Shown in pieces: positions 1 through 13,746 of a stretch of DNA of 64,000 bases (position 1 is its first letter; each line of letters opens with the position of its first letter). The notes under the pieces are model-generated. The model ran no database searches, had not been told where the DNA came from, and worked only from the letters and a program-made list of their open reading frames with translations. A program made the position numbers and the translations under genes. Origin of the DNA: Phoronis australis (Eukaryota > Animalia > Phoronida); assembly GCA_002633005.1 (NCBI GenBank), contig NMRA01000001.1, positions 4,271,180 to 4,335,179 of the forward strand. Direction: 5' to 3'.

Positions 1-699
1 TACTCGATGCATTTCATTTTGGTAAATTATAATAATTAGCTTTGCATGAAATGAAAAGTCTCATTATTAGGGGATTCAGGTTTGCTCCTGTGCCTCACAT
101 GTGCCTTATATGGAAAATAGGTCAGCCACAAAATGACACGTGGCTTGTCACTTCTGATTCAGGACTTGGCTCTTACAACTACGACAAAAGACGGGCTTTT
201 GGAAAATAAATTTGATGTCTGATAGGATGATAGACTGTAGGTGACTGTAAACTCTGTAACTGTCAATTTCAACAATGCTGACATTTTTAATGCACTGCAA
301 AAGATGCTAACAGAACACAATGTTCCCAGCAATGGGTGCAAACTACACTGCTATTCAAAATTGATCCATGATCCTGTTATTGTATTTGAAAGCATGCCTA
401 ATTGTTTTGAAATTCAATTGGGTGTAGTAAGTTGCTTGAGCTTTGAGCACTTATTGAAATTGAAAATTCTCGATTAATATATGGTAGGCATTTAATCCGA
501 ACATTTTCAAAATTAAGGCTGGTTGGTTACGTGAGTGAGGGTATAAATCCGCATGTTTACGGTGTTGCACATTAGAATGTGTTTGTAAAGTACATGTGTA
601 TACCAAATGTTAAAAACATGTTATTTGCAATTATAGCATTCTTACATGTAATCAGCAAATAAGTTACCATAATGCATACATCAGCACTAACCTTGTTTA

Positions 700-1500
700 A
701 GATGGATTTGACCTATATTGCACCCCCAAGTGGCCTTTCTATTGTTTTTATGTCCTTTGCGGTAGGACTCCCTATTTACAACTTTCTTATGAAATTTGGC
801 AAACAACTTCTATGTTGAGATGAATTGGACCTATTCCATACCGCCTAGTGGCCATTTTTTATTATTTCTGGATGTTTTTTCCCATCTGCCTAAATATCTG
901 CCAAACCGCTCAGAGGATGATCATGAAAATTGGCATATGTGTGTTCCTACTGACAAGAGCATGGCTAACATATATTTTCAGGTGTGTCCAACAACTGTGT
1001 ACCCCCTGAATTTTTTTTACGTCTTCAGCTGTATCTCCTAAATCCCATGCAAGATCTTTTTGACATGTGGCAGGTGTATTCCTATTAACTCGACAACAGA
1101 TGGACAGATCATGTTTGGCTCTGTATATACGGAGTTCCTTGACAGATTTTCTTGAAATTTGGCAAATGACTTTCTGTTAAAGAGACAATGACACCTTTCC
1201 ATTTTCAGATGGACTTGCCGTAATGTACGTTGCCTATTGTCCATTTTTATTATTTTCGACTCTTGTCGGCCAAACCACTCTGTGCATCAATATGAAAATT
1301 GGCATATGTGTTTGTTGTGGGAAGAGCATGGCTGACGATGATTTTCTGACAATTTCGACTACTGTGGCACCACCTAATGACAGTTTTGTTTTTTCACTTT
1401 TGCAGCTGTTTGTCCTATACATTTTGCAGGATCTTTGAAAAATGTGGCAGATTTATTTCTGTGAATGAACAACGAATGACCACAGGTTTCAGACTTACCC
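700..1500 (+). repeat. Dispersed composite repeat with CC(A/C)CCTAGTGGC cores (Helentron/HINE-like non-autonomous family)
   Basis: Recurrent GAAAATTGGCATATGTGT, GACTACTGTGGCACCACCTAGTGGC and CAGCTGTATCTCCTA motifs. The same family occurs at 3250-4790, 24050-24350, 31790-32570 and, on the minus strand, near 15400-15780. Confidence 0.55.
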
Positions 1501-3057
1501 GACTGCTGTTACGTCTCATAAATGTGTGTCTTTTCTTTGTCGTCTGCCTCCCTATTCGCCAAACTGATTGAAGAATAGTGATGAAAGAAGCCTGGTGTTC
1601 CTGTTGAGCAGGGCATTGCTGAGTTACTTTTCACCCGCTATAGGCTATTTTCAGTTCACTAGCATTGCTCCTGAAGTGGGAATGTTTGAAATAATGACCA
1701 TCCCTTTCATCTGCCCTGTACATGATGTACACAATGGGTACATATCAGGGCTCTGTGCTACTCCTGTCACTCAAGTGTTTCATATATATGGCACATGCAT
1801 GTTTTTTGGACGTAGGTGCAGTTTTGTTGCGCGTGCATAAATACACAGTGCATATATAAGCACATACCTGAACATTGAATTTTACTAGTCTGGGTAGTTG
1901 GACACAAATCTTGTCTTTGTGCTACAAGCTCCACAGTTGTTCAGAGATAGTTGTTCACAATAGGTTAATCTGTCGACTGCTGAGATAACCACCAGCCTAT
2001 TCTACTGAGGGATACTCTACCTAATTTTCTGATAATTTACTCTTCATTTCCAATGCAGGTTTATCAGAACACCTGTAAGTTTATGTCTGTGATAAAGATA
2101 AGTTGAAGGGCATGTCGTGTGACCTCGGTGTATCGTGTGGTCTTCCAGAAATGTCATCGAATATTTTCATCAGAGTAGGTATAGTGTGGGCTAAGTCCGA
2201 AAGTAGTCCTTGTAATTTTTCAGTTGATTACCATCAGTGATGGTTGTGAGAGATTGTTAAGTCTTGTTATTTTGTAGCTGATTGACATGAGAGTCATGGT
2301 AATATCTCATTATTTTGTTGCTGACTGGCATGGGGGATTGATTGTAACAGCTGGCTACTTATCATTGCATTCTGCCCAAAAGTTGATTTGTGGTTGACTC
2401 AAATTACCACTGTAAAATTGTTCGAAACTTTCCTTAGTCGGGTGACAAGTGATTTCTGAGTTTGCAATGAACTTTCAGTTCGTCATTCATTGAGACCATG
2501 CTCAGTGCATAAAATGACATGCCCTAACAAGCCAACTTGTAAATTCTGATCTAACTAAGCAGTTCTTTTGAAGCCATTAAATCATTCCCATTTTGACAAA
2601 GGTACAGGTTGAGCATGCTTGTGTGTGTGTGTGCGTGTGCGTGTGCATGTGTGTATAAGTGGGTGAGAGTGTGTGCTTTGGATGTTCTTTTGAATAAATT
2701 TGCTTTGGTTTAATTTCTACAATTGAGCTGAAGTGTGATTAGTGGGACTGTTTAAATAGATAGTTAGTGCTCCTGCACTTGAAGTGTACGTGTCATTTTG
2801 CTTTAGTTAAGGTAATGCAGACCTTCATTATTAACTGCCCTGAAGCTAGCATTTGTAATGTCTGTGCTTATTGTGGAATGATGTTTCACTCAATATGTAA
2901 TTGGATAATTTGAGGATTGTTGATTATGTTTCACAGTTTGGATATCTCGCGAATTTCGTTCATTTTTGTAATGACTGTTGAATGATGTTTCACAATTTCG
3001 TTGTAATTGGAGCGTCATTGTAATGTAACCATTCTACAATCATGGTTTTCATTTCAG

Positions 3058-6000
3058 TCAAGTGCTGTGAATGTCTCTGAGAATGCACCCAAGTGGGTGA
3101 CTCAATGGGCCTCTCTCACAGCCAGGTCCACCCAAGGAACTGATATTCAAGGTATGTGTAGCGAACCTCATTTCTTTGCCACCCATGCACACACTGCTAG
3201 ATGGATCTATGGAAACACTTAGTACTTGAAAATGTCAACTTTGACCTATTTTTTGTGTACCCACGTCAATTATACATAATATGTTTGCGCAAATCGCCAT
3301 CGTCTTTGGGCATCTAAGTGTCCAGCGTCCACTGCGGTATTTGCAAAATTCCTTGTAGGAGTTTCATAAAAATTGGCATCATAGATGGAACGGCTTGAGT
3401 GAAGTTTCTGACGAATCTGACTCTCCTTGTGGCAGTTTTATTTTTTAAGTTTGCCTCTGTATCTTCAAAGTTCCTTCATGGATTTTCATAAAATCTTGCA
3501 GAAATGTACCTATTATGGGGATGATGTCACCTCCGTTTTTGGATGGATTCGATAAATTCTGCTTCACCTACTAGACATTTTTTATATTTTTGGATTTTTT
3601 GGCTTTGCCTTTCTATTGGCCAAACCATTCTGAGTATCATTGTGGAAATTGGTATGTATGTGTTCCAGCTGGTGAGAGCACGGCCAACGATTATTTCTGG
3701 ACGCCTCCGGCTGCTGTGGTGCCACCTAGTGGCATTTTTGCAGCTGTATCTCCTATAAGTTTGACTAGCATATTTCTATGAATATGACTACGGATGATGG
3801 TGTTGGACTTATCTGACTACTGTATTCTCTAGTGGCAATTTATTGTATTTTCGTTTTCCTCTGCATCTTTGGAGTTCCTTTACAGACTTTCACGATAGTT
3901 GGCAAATTAGTTTCTATTCAAGGGATGATCACACCTTTCAATTTTTGGATGAATTTGGCCTATTGCACGCCACCTGGCGGGCATTTATATTATTTTTTCT
4001 AGTCTGGTTTTTGGTGTCCACCTCTGTATCAGCCAAATCACTCTAAAGGATTTTATGGAAATTGGCATAATATGTTTTTTGAAAGTTCATGACTGACGGT
4101 GATTTTCAGACAAGTCCAACTGCTATGGCACCCGCTAGTTTGTGGTAATTTTTTGCCTGTGACTTAATATCTACTTCATGTATCTTCATGTTAGTGTTTA
4201 TGTGAAGAGAACACAACTGGTGTGGATTTGTAGTCAATTCTGACTACCACTGAGTCCCCGAGTTGTAATTTTGTTTTTCTTGGTGTTCATCTTTATTGTG
4301 TTCAAGTACCTAGATGGATGTTCATGAAACTTGTGAATTAAATTACCATCATGTAGACGATAACACAAGACCTGTTTTAGACTGATTTAACCAATGTTGA
4401 CATTGGTTTGCAATCGGGTCCGACTGCTGTGGTACCCCTAGCTGCAATTTTGTTTTTGCTTCCACAGCTGTGTATACTTAATCCCTGTCAGGGTCTTTTT
4501 GTACTTTGGCTAATCTATTTCCATGACTGTTACTACACATGGCAACTTCTTTTAAGTTGATCTAACAATCATTGTGCCTCCTAGTGCCAGTTTTGTTTTT
4601 TATCATTTGTGTCTATGTTCGGAGTTTATTGATGGGTTTATTGAAATCAATTAAACAGGTTTCTATTAGTGAGATGGCGATGATATACCAGTCATTTTCA
4701 GTCTTGTTCAACTGATGGTGCACCACCTAGTGGCCATTTTATTACACTAATAAACACCCCCAGAAGCATACCATTTGCAGTGCAGTCATTTTCCGTTTAT
4801 GCATTACTGATGTTAATATGTTTACTGATTTTTTGTTTTAAGTACCACACTGTGTGAAACTTGATTCTTTATCTTTTATTAGGAGAGCCTAGCAGGACAA
4901 GGATGCGTCCTGGAACTGGCCGGAAACTACCTAACCCTCCAGTCCAACAGAGCTGTCACAGTGAAGTCAGTAGTTCAGTTGGTAGTGAGTCGTCCACTCC
5001 TAGCTCACCCCAGAACCTTCATAAGGTGCTTAGTGACAATGTCTTCATGCCATTGGCTGAACCACAAAGTAAACGTACAGCTATGAACATTGACACGTGG
5101 AATGTGAATACTGAGGAGAGTAGCCGGTCGTCTTGGCGACGATATAAACGTGAAGCTCAGTTAGACTGTGACGATACAGCTCGCAGCACTTCAAGTGTGG
5201 ATACAGATGTATTGCTACAGGATACTGAAACAGTAATGGCTGTTATGGGTCAAAAGCGCATACGTGAAACAACATTTACAAAGACTGTGTCGCGTAATGA
5301 CTCGAACAGGCAGCGAGGAAATTCGGACTGTGAACAAAGAACTGCAAAAGACCTTGGCGTGACTAACAATAGTAAAGGCAAGGATGGCAGTAACAGAATT
5401 AGTGGCAACTCCAGGCAAGCGAGTGGGAAGGGAGTAGCCAAGAAATCATTCCCGTTGAATAGAACAGACTCGAGAGAGAAAAATGCTACTAGTCAATATG
5501 GAAGTAGTCGCCAGTCGAGAGAAGCATTTTCAGATGTGATGAGTGAAACTGATGGAGCTGACAATGTCAGCGTTAGTTCAGAGTCAAGTGTAGCCATGAG
5601 TGAGGACACCGCTAGGTTTAAACGCCAGGGGTCAAAGGGCAAAGGACCTATGTCAATGACGAGACCTAACAGGGCATTTGCACTGCGCCGAGCCAAAGCT
5701 GAAGAGGAAGAAAAGTCATCTCCAAAAACACGGTCCCGATCCAACTCTTATTCGTCATGCTCAGACAGAGGAATGGAGACGAGTCGTACAGAGGCCAGTC
5801 TTGGCACACGTATTGTCAAGAAAAGTCAAGAGAATAACAAGTCCTCATTCTCACGCGGTGATGGTGGTCGACACAGTTTGCGATTGAACCGGGTTCCTCC
5901 TGTGTCTAAATCAGTTAGCAAACCCACTGTCAGCAAATCAGTTGTTGCGCCCAAATCAGGTGGTAACCGATCTCAGCCTGGGAGTCGTTCATCTTCGCCC

Positions 6001-9000
6001 AAATCTCAAGAGTGGAATGCTTGGGAGCGCAGAAAAGGTTACGATCCACGCAGGGCCGTAGCTGAAGCCAAGGCCAAAGCTAAGAAGACCAGCTGTGATG
6101 GTAAAGAAGTCAAGGATGTTAGACAGTCATTGGCATCAGGCGATCACAACAGAGAAAGGCTGTCAGCAGATACTGAGGAGCTGGGGTCGTCGCATTCCAG
6201 AGAAATTGCCCAAATGAGTAGTGCCTTAGCTCGGGATATGGAGACACTCTCCTCCAGAGATGGCGCTGAAGGCTCTACTGGTGGTCTAAGTCACAGCAGT
6301 ACTGAGGTAAGGCAACACAGCTGTCGTAAATAGAAGCGTCTATGGTTTTAAATAGAGGAAACGTCTAAGAGTAGAGCGAATGGGAGCACCTACGGGTGCC
6401 TGGTGTGAAAACATCTGGGTGCAGTGAATGAATGGAAGCATCCATGAGGACCATTAATGGAAACATCTAGGGTGTACTGAATGAACGAGAGTATCTGAGG
6501 GTGCCATGTATGCAAACATCTAGGGTGTAATGAATGAACGAGAGTATCTGAGGGTGCCATGTATGCAAACGTCTAGGGTGTAATGAATGAAGGCATCTAG
6601 GAGTGTTGTTGAAGGAAGTGAAAAGCAAATGTTAAGTAATTGGAACAGCTTGTCCCAAAACGAAGTTGACCCATTGCCGTTCCCCTTTTGACACTTCTGA
6701 AATCTTTAATCTGTTTAGACTGAAAATTTAGGAGAAAAACACTGTTCAGTGCTAGCCTTATGAAAGTTTGTGGAATAACTTTGCAGACGTAACTTATGGA
6801 TATTAAGTGAGTGCAAGTGACAATTTTCATATTTTTGCATGGCAAGCTTTTTTATTCCGTTTTTGTTCAAGTACAGCAAAATATCAGTTTCGAACTATTC
6901 ATAAGTGATTGTTTTCATAAATAAAAGTGTAATTATGTAACGTAGCTAGAAAATTCATTGAGAAAACTTGAGATTCGTCAAAGTAGAATATCTGACATGG
7001 ATGGTGCTCACTACTTCTGCTCCCCTAGTAACAGTTTTAATTTATTTCGTCTTACTCTATATCTACCATGTTCCTTGTTTCATAATATGTTTGAATCGAT
7101 GAGAGGTCACAACCTGCCTAATTTCAGGTAGACCTGACGTATGTGGCTGACCCTACTGGCAATTTCAGTATTTTGTTGTATTTTCAATCCATCACTCCGT
7201 CTTCCAAACCTCTTTAAGGATCGTCATAAAATTTGCCAGGGTAGTCCTCTAGAGGAGAGCTTGGCTGCAGCTGATATCTGCAAACAAATAATTTTAATTC
7301 TGTGAATGTTTACGAGAGGATGTTTGTACTCACTTGCTTCCCCACACTTTTGACGCGCTTCTCTTGCAGCTTTAGTGTTGCAGCATTTTAAAGTGAACGT
7401 TTTGTTGTAATGAACATTCCTATCGTTTTTCACGTGCTACTTGTTTTAATTTATTCCTTAAGTTTTTTTTTATGTTTGCTTTATATGGTTTATTTTGGTT
7501 GGCATGTTTGCAGGAACTTGTGCGTAATCTGTTTAACACCACCAGCATGAGGTCTGCCTTCAGCGCTCCTAGGGTCACTCGGTCCCCCTCACCTCTAAAA
7601 TCTCCCCCCACACCACTGACCCCTGGTCAGCTATCTGCTCAGGCTCAGATTACAAGATTGGAAAATGGGGTGACCAAAAGAAAAGAATGGGACAAATGCG
7701 AGGTTGGTGTTAATTCTTGGTGACTACTCACATGACCAGTTGCCATAGTTACATCATGGTCATCTCCTGATAAGGACATCGAAAGATTTTTGCAACCTCT
7801 ATTTAAGTTTGATCTGAATTAGTTAAGTTAGCTTTAAGTTTTGTTTGTGCTTTATTTATTTCTTTTGTTTTTCTTGCAAAGTTGGTTCAAAGTGCAGACT
7901 TCCATTTGGTCATTCTTCTTGGGTATATAGACCAAATGATATTCAAGTACATGTAGTGGAATTTGCATTGATTTCTCGATGGCTAGGCCAAAAATCAATG
8001 CTTGTTCAGTTACTCTCAACGTATACTGTATATGCATGTAATTGTCTCCTCTTCAACCTATATGTGAAGCTGCGCCTCTATCGTTTGCTTACACAAACAC
8101 TTCAGGAGAAACCTAAAGTTTTTAAAGTACATTGAGTGAAGCTTGACTCATCCGTTGTTAAAAGATAGATCTTGACACATATTCACTTTAACATTAAATA
8201 TTTGAAAACCAGTAAGAAGAACATAGAATGGATAAAGACACTCAAAAAACATTTTGTGTAAGACACACACAGACTCAGATACACCCACACCGGCACTCAT
8301 AAATGAGGTATAGGACCATGCGCTTATACGTGAAATGAACAAAATATTTTTTGAAAAAACAACACCATTTCGCATTCCTAATCAAAACTGCAGTAGAACT
8401 ACTTTGCAGTGGAGTATTGGATGGCAGAAACTGGTTAAACTTCAATAGGCCCATGGAAGAATTGTACACTATGATCAGTGCTAACTTGTTTTTATTAAGT
8501 AACAAACAAATGAAGTGCAGACGGACATGAACAGCCGGTTAAACTTGTACTGCAGCACAGAGAGACGTGAACAGATAGTTAAACTTGTATTAGAGCACAC
8601 TAGTCAGACAGATGTGAACAGTCAGTTTAACTTGTACTGGAGCACAGACAAACGTGAACAACCGGTTAAACTTGCACTGGAGCACGGACTGACGTGAACA
8701 GTTGGTTAAATGTGTACTGGACTGTAGACTGACATGAACAGTCAGCTTAACTTGTACTGGAGCACGGACAGATGTGTACAGCTGGTTAAAGGTGTAGTGG
8801 AGAACAAAGGGACATGAACCACCTCTTAAACTAGCAATCGTGTCAAGTATATTAAAGGCACTGCATGACGCTTTAAGGAGCATGACTTTTACTGCAGCCA
8901 TGTCTGAAATGTTGAGTTTGTTGTTGATCAACATTTTGCTTTGTTTTGTAGTCCTATGACCATCTGATCGTCTCCTCTTTACATCAGCTCTCCTCCAAGT

Positions 9001-9744
9001 TGTTGCACTCTTCTGGCAAAGTTATTGGCAAACTCAGGTAAGTCTGTCATAGTTCCAGAAACGATGCGCAGGACTCACTGAAAGAAGGAAATATACATTG
9101 GACATTTCAATATATTGTCTTAAAAATGCTAGACTTGAGATTGGCAAAGATGATTTCTGTCTTCTAAATTTCACATTATACCAAATTTTTGGGATTTATA
9201 GTCACATTGCATTGCTAAGAATTTTGCAGGTCTTGTTTTTTTTTTCTCATGCATATAACCGCAGGGTCATTTTTAGTACTTGAAGCTTTTGCTTGTACAA
9301 AATAATTGGTATGCACCAACAACGATTGCACCCGTTGAACACTCTTCGGGAATTGAAAAGGATTAAGATTGATGAGGTCTATACCTGGTAATAATTTTCT
9401 AATTTGGAAGTGCTATGTAAATGTGGACTAGTTATTGTTTTAAATTTTCGCTTTGTAAGTCTGGCCTAAATTATTGTTTTAATTCTTGGCTTTTGATTTT
9501 ATTCGACTAGGTCCAAAACGTCAAAATGATGTCATACCACACAGTGACATAATGATGGATGTATTCAATACCATGAGCGTAATCCTATCTTTCAGAGAAA
9601 GTCATTCAGTGAGCAAGACTCCCTCCCCTGTTGACGAACTACTTAACCTTCCCAGTCACAGTGAGATTCCCGGGTGGAAGTCAGCCAATCAAGAGCTAGC
9701 TTCTGTCCTTCGTAACCTTCGTAAAGTGGAGCACCACTTGCAAG
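3058..9744 (+). CDS. CEP170: Centrosomal protein of 170 kDa family (CEP170/CEP170B-like), 3' part; exons 3058-3151, 4883-6306, 7514-7702, 8952-9037, 9596-9744; upstream exons and terminal exon not identified
   Basis: All five exons have AG/GT boundaries and matching phases (1,0,0,2,1). APKWVTQWASL resembles the CEP170 WVSQWASL motif. YDHLIVSSLHQLSSKL...WKSANQELASVLRNLRKVEHHLQ resembles the CEP170 C-terminal domain (SMEISSILQELKRVEKQLQ). The long Ser/Arg-rich exon is ORF 4861-6333. Confidence 0.85.
3250..4790 (+). repeat. Same Helentron/HINE-like composite repeat family, long copy in a CEP170 intron
   Basis: Multiple CCACCTAGTGGC and GAAATTGGCA units. End AAACACCCCCAGAAGCA is shared with 32515-32531. 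Confidence 0.55.
6355..6600. repeat. Minisatellite, ~53-bp unit, ~5 copies
   Basis: AAAC(A/G)TCTAGGGTGTA..GAATGAA recurs at 6461, 6514 and 6567. Confidence 0.8.
8515..8830. repeat. Minisatellite, ~40-bp unit
   Basis: Repeated GTTAAACTTGTACTGGAGCACGGACAGACGTGAACA variants. Confidence 0.8.
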
Positions 9745-10778
9745 GTAATGTAGAAGACCAACTTGAAAGAAGAGATAGGGTATAAATGTTTCTACAAAAG
9801 ATCCACTGCCCAGTGCATCATACTGGGGTCTGTGAACTCCTGCGTGTAATCTCCCCTTCCCTCCAATAACATCAGATCGTCAAGAAAAGTTTCCAAGTCG
9901 AAGGATGTAAGCCCAGTCATAGCTACAGTACATGCCTAAAACAACCAGGCTATTCCATTTCCTTTTCATGGCAGGTGAATTCTGGTTGCCACAATGGAAA
10001 TTTTTTTTTGAACTCTCCTATCATGAAGGGGGGGGATTTGGGGGCCGTTCTGTCTTGTTATTTTGGAGTGTACTTTAAGACGGTTGTGGGCATGTTATTG
10101 TGAAAGGCAACACTGCATTTTTAGCAGAACAAAACATTTCTACGGACTGTAGCCAACGTAATACAAACTGGCCAGAATTAACTGTAGGGGAGTAATGCAA
10201 CTACTTAGTGTGACTTAATGGTGAAATAGGGAAGAACTTAGATCAAGCTGGTGTACCACCATGTGTCTGTGCTCTCCACTACTAAAAACCTAAGCATGTG
10301 GGAAGCATGCCTTCACCATCAAATTTTCTGGAGACAGACGGTGGCTGATCCTCTCTGTAGTGCTTGTAGAAGGCAGAGGGTAGCTGACCCTGTGTAGTGC
10401 TAACTGAAGGCAGATGGCGGCTGGCTGTCTCTATAATGCTGGAGTCAGACGGGAGCTGCATGCGCGCACCAGGGGGGGGGTTCGGGGGGCTCAAATGAGC
10501 CCCCCNNNNNNNNNNNNNNNNNNNNNNNNNNNNNNNNNNNNNNNNNNNNNNNNNNNNNNNNNNNNNNNNNNNNNNNNNNNNNNNNNNNNNNNNNNNNNNN
10601 NNNNNNNNNNNNNNNNNNNNNNNNNNNNNNNNNNNNNNNNNNNNNNNNNNNNNNNNNNNNNNNNNNNNNNNNNNNNNNNNNNNNNNNNNNNNNNNNNNNN
10701 NNNNNNNNNNNNNNNNNNNNNNNNNNNNNNNNNNNNNNNNNNTTCTCTTGGATCTCTTCTTAGTGCTTTAAAAGAATA

Positions 10779-10887
10779 TTTATTTGTGTTCTCTGTATGA
10801 CCCAGGCACATTTTTATTTGTGTTCTCTGTATGACCCAGGCACATTTTTATTTGTGTTCTCTGTATGCCCCAGGCATATTTTATTTG
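10779..10887. repeat. Tandem repeat, 34-bp unit x3, next to a gap
   Basis: TTTATTTGTGTTCTCTGTATGACCCAGGCACATT repeated. Confidence 0.85.
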
Positions 10888-13746
10888 GTCTTCAAGTGAG
10901 ACAGCTTTAAAAGCTCATTGTCAGTGATTATTTATTTTTCATTGAATAAAGTGTCCTTGCGTAATGTCCACCTGTTAGTTATTTGTTAATGGTACAGAGT
11001 GCAAGTCGCCAGGTACAGGTCGCCAAGTACTGGTCTTGTTGGTCAGCATTATTCTTGAAGTGGATGTGAAATTCTCGTTCCATCCAAGTCTTAAAACTTT
11101 TGATTATACCACACCACCTATAAAAACCAGGACTAATTTTGAGACATTTATTCTTCTACTTAAGTGTCGACCTATGGAATCATCTTGATTCTCAACTGAA
11201 TCTATAGTGTACTGCAAATGTGTGAAGTGGTCTTGCAATCTTTATTTTGATCATTAAGTTGTAAGAAAACTAGTCTCACTTCTTAGAGATGGAATTTGCT
11301 AAAAATAGTCAATTTTGTTACTGACCAGCATTCTTATTTGAGAGTGCATAGCAATGGTTATCAAGAGACAAGATTTTCCAAGCTTAGATCTTGTATGCTG
11401 AAAAAGGCGACTATTCCAATAAACTTATTAAAGATTTTTGACAAGCCTAACTTACCATACTCATCAGTCCTTCAACAACTTAAAATGATTAATGGTTAAT
11501 AAGGGAGCAAGGAAATTCAAGCTTAATACAAGATAGGTGATTTACCATGAAGCTTAATTGAGCATAATCCACTGATTTAGTTACCTAGGTGCTACTGCAT
11601 CACTACAAAGAGGTTTAACAAAGTAAAGATCAATGTATTCAGTTGGTTCAGTACTAAAGCTATGGAAGACCTTAATGACAAATCTATGTATTTGGCCAAA
11701 ATCTGCAAGGTCTCAATAGACTTTAACTCCATAAAAGTATATACGACTTTAAGTAGAAAGCCTGTACAATTTGATTTATGACATTTTACCAGTCTGTTAT
11801 TAAGTGGGTCACGTGACCATGTTTTTCAATAAAATTTAGCAAAACAGAGAGGTACATTGACAGCAAAACAACAGTATCATTAACATGGTCAAATTTTATA
11901 ATTCGCCAAAAAACGTGTGTCATGACGTCTCAAAAGGCTGTTACAGTTTGCTAAACTATCTTTTTATTTGTGTTTTATGCAATTTTAGTTTTTTGGAGAA
12001 AATCATTTTTAAAAGACCTTCATGCAAAAGTTTAACGTTTTTAAAACCAATTCCTAACAGCCTTTTTGAGAATGGTGCACAAAGCATAATACCTTAAAAT
12101 TTTATGTGAACCCAATCGGCTGTTTCTGAGATGTGATATTCAAAAGGTAGCCAAATTTGGAAATTTTCTCAGGTCCAACATAACCTGAATGAACATAATA
12201 CTAACATTTTACAAACTTGTTGGTTTTCAAGAACTTTGATGACAATTTGGCACAAATTAGTTGGTCCGTAAGGTTGCTGGTGTCTTTGCTTCACAATAGC
12301 AGCTAAGTGTCACAAAAACCTTGCAGACAATGGAGCTGACAGTGAAGAGACACTGGCTTTCAAAAACTGTGAAGATAACCATGAATTGAAAACTTAATTC
12401 ATTCAATAGTTACGTGGATCGTGTGTCTGGCCACCAGATTCTGTGGCTTGTAACTTTCTCGGCTGAATTGATGAGCAACTTGTACCAACCACTGAAGTCA
12501 GCTCTACGTTTCATTTTGAAAACATCAGTAAAAGTTATGAAGACATCAGAGTTGGCACACAAAATTTTGTAAGAGATAAAGCATGGACAGAGAAGACCAC
12601 AACATGCACATGCACGCACACATGTATTACGAGGGTGCATAAAACGTATTCAACTTCAGCACTGTTGATTCATGTATTTAACATTAACATAAAAGTAAGC
12701 CAATTTACAAGTATGAAAATAAACTCAACATAACACTATCAACAAATTAGTAAATTTTATCAGGGCTGCGTTCCACAGACCCAAGACACTCGTGAGAAAA
12801 GGTAGTGTGACAACATGCGTTGCTGTAATGCATAGTAATATCTAATAAAGACCTAGTGATTCTGCGTTTCTGTGAGATTCTAGTGTCAATAGAGCGCAGC
12901 TGACATTTCACATTTAACATTTATGATGTCCACTAGGTGGGTTTTCAACATTGCAATATTTGCCTTTAATCCTCCTGATCAAGCTCAAAAGCTAGTCTAA
13001 GGTTACCATTAAAAATCCTCTACAAGCAACATGTACATTACTTTGATGAATTATTCTATATAAATAGTGACACCTTGCATTTATGGATATCTCCCACACA
13101 TGACTGTGCTGTTCTAAATGGCATAGTCTCAGTTGACAAATGAAGATAAAGATTTACTCACGATGTCAGAGCGCACGCTTGATAACCCTACTACACACCA
13201 GCTCCAGTTGTAGATAGACAAAGCATTGTCAATCAGCACCAAACTGCAGTGACACTAACAATCCATTGTTCACAACTCATTTTTCATAACTCATTTTTCA
13301 TACAACATCTTCAATAGCTAAGTTTGACGAATTCACAAAGCTTGCCGAGTTCTTATAAATTACACTGCCTAGTCAGAGAACAAATTGCAAGATAAAAGAA
13401 TTAATGTGAACATTTTGAAAGCTACAAATAAGATGGCGAGGTGCATTACAGCTGTTAAGAATATGGCAAAAATGTAATATTGTTATAGCATATCTGTACA
13501 GTTACGAAATACTTCGTGTGTTACAATGGCATCAAACACAAAATTACAGAAAAACATGCTGGCATGCTGATGGTTAGGATGACAAAAGATGTCCTTAGTG
13601 TCATGTAACATCTGATGCAGACGTAATCCAACCATGTGCTGCCACCCTATTATCAAAGTCACATGGTCGAACACTTGCTCAGCACCATTCCCCAGTTTGT
13701 CTGTTCCATCCTCATGGGTTGGTGATGTGCACCCATAATAAAGGTA

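Noticed and set aside
8515-8830. Regularly spaced ~40-bp repeats (also 6355-6600, 13883-14138, 22125-22317) as CRISPR-like arrays
   Set aside because: Head-to-tail units without unique spacers, in eukaryotic introns, with no cas genes; ordinary minisatellites.
10414-10811. ORFs of 106-128 aa over the first gap
   Set aside because: Mostly X residues from N runs; flanks are G/C-run MITE-like sequence.
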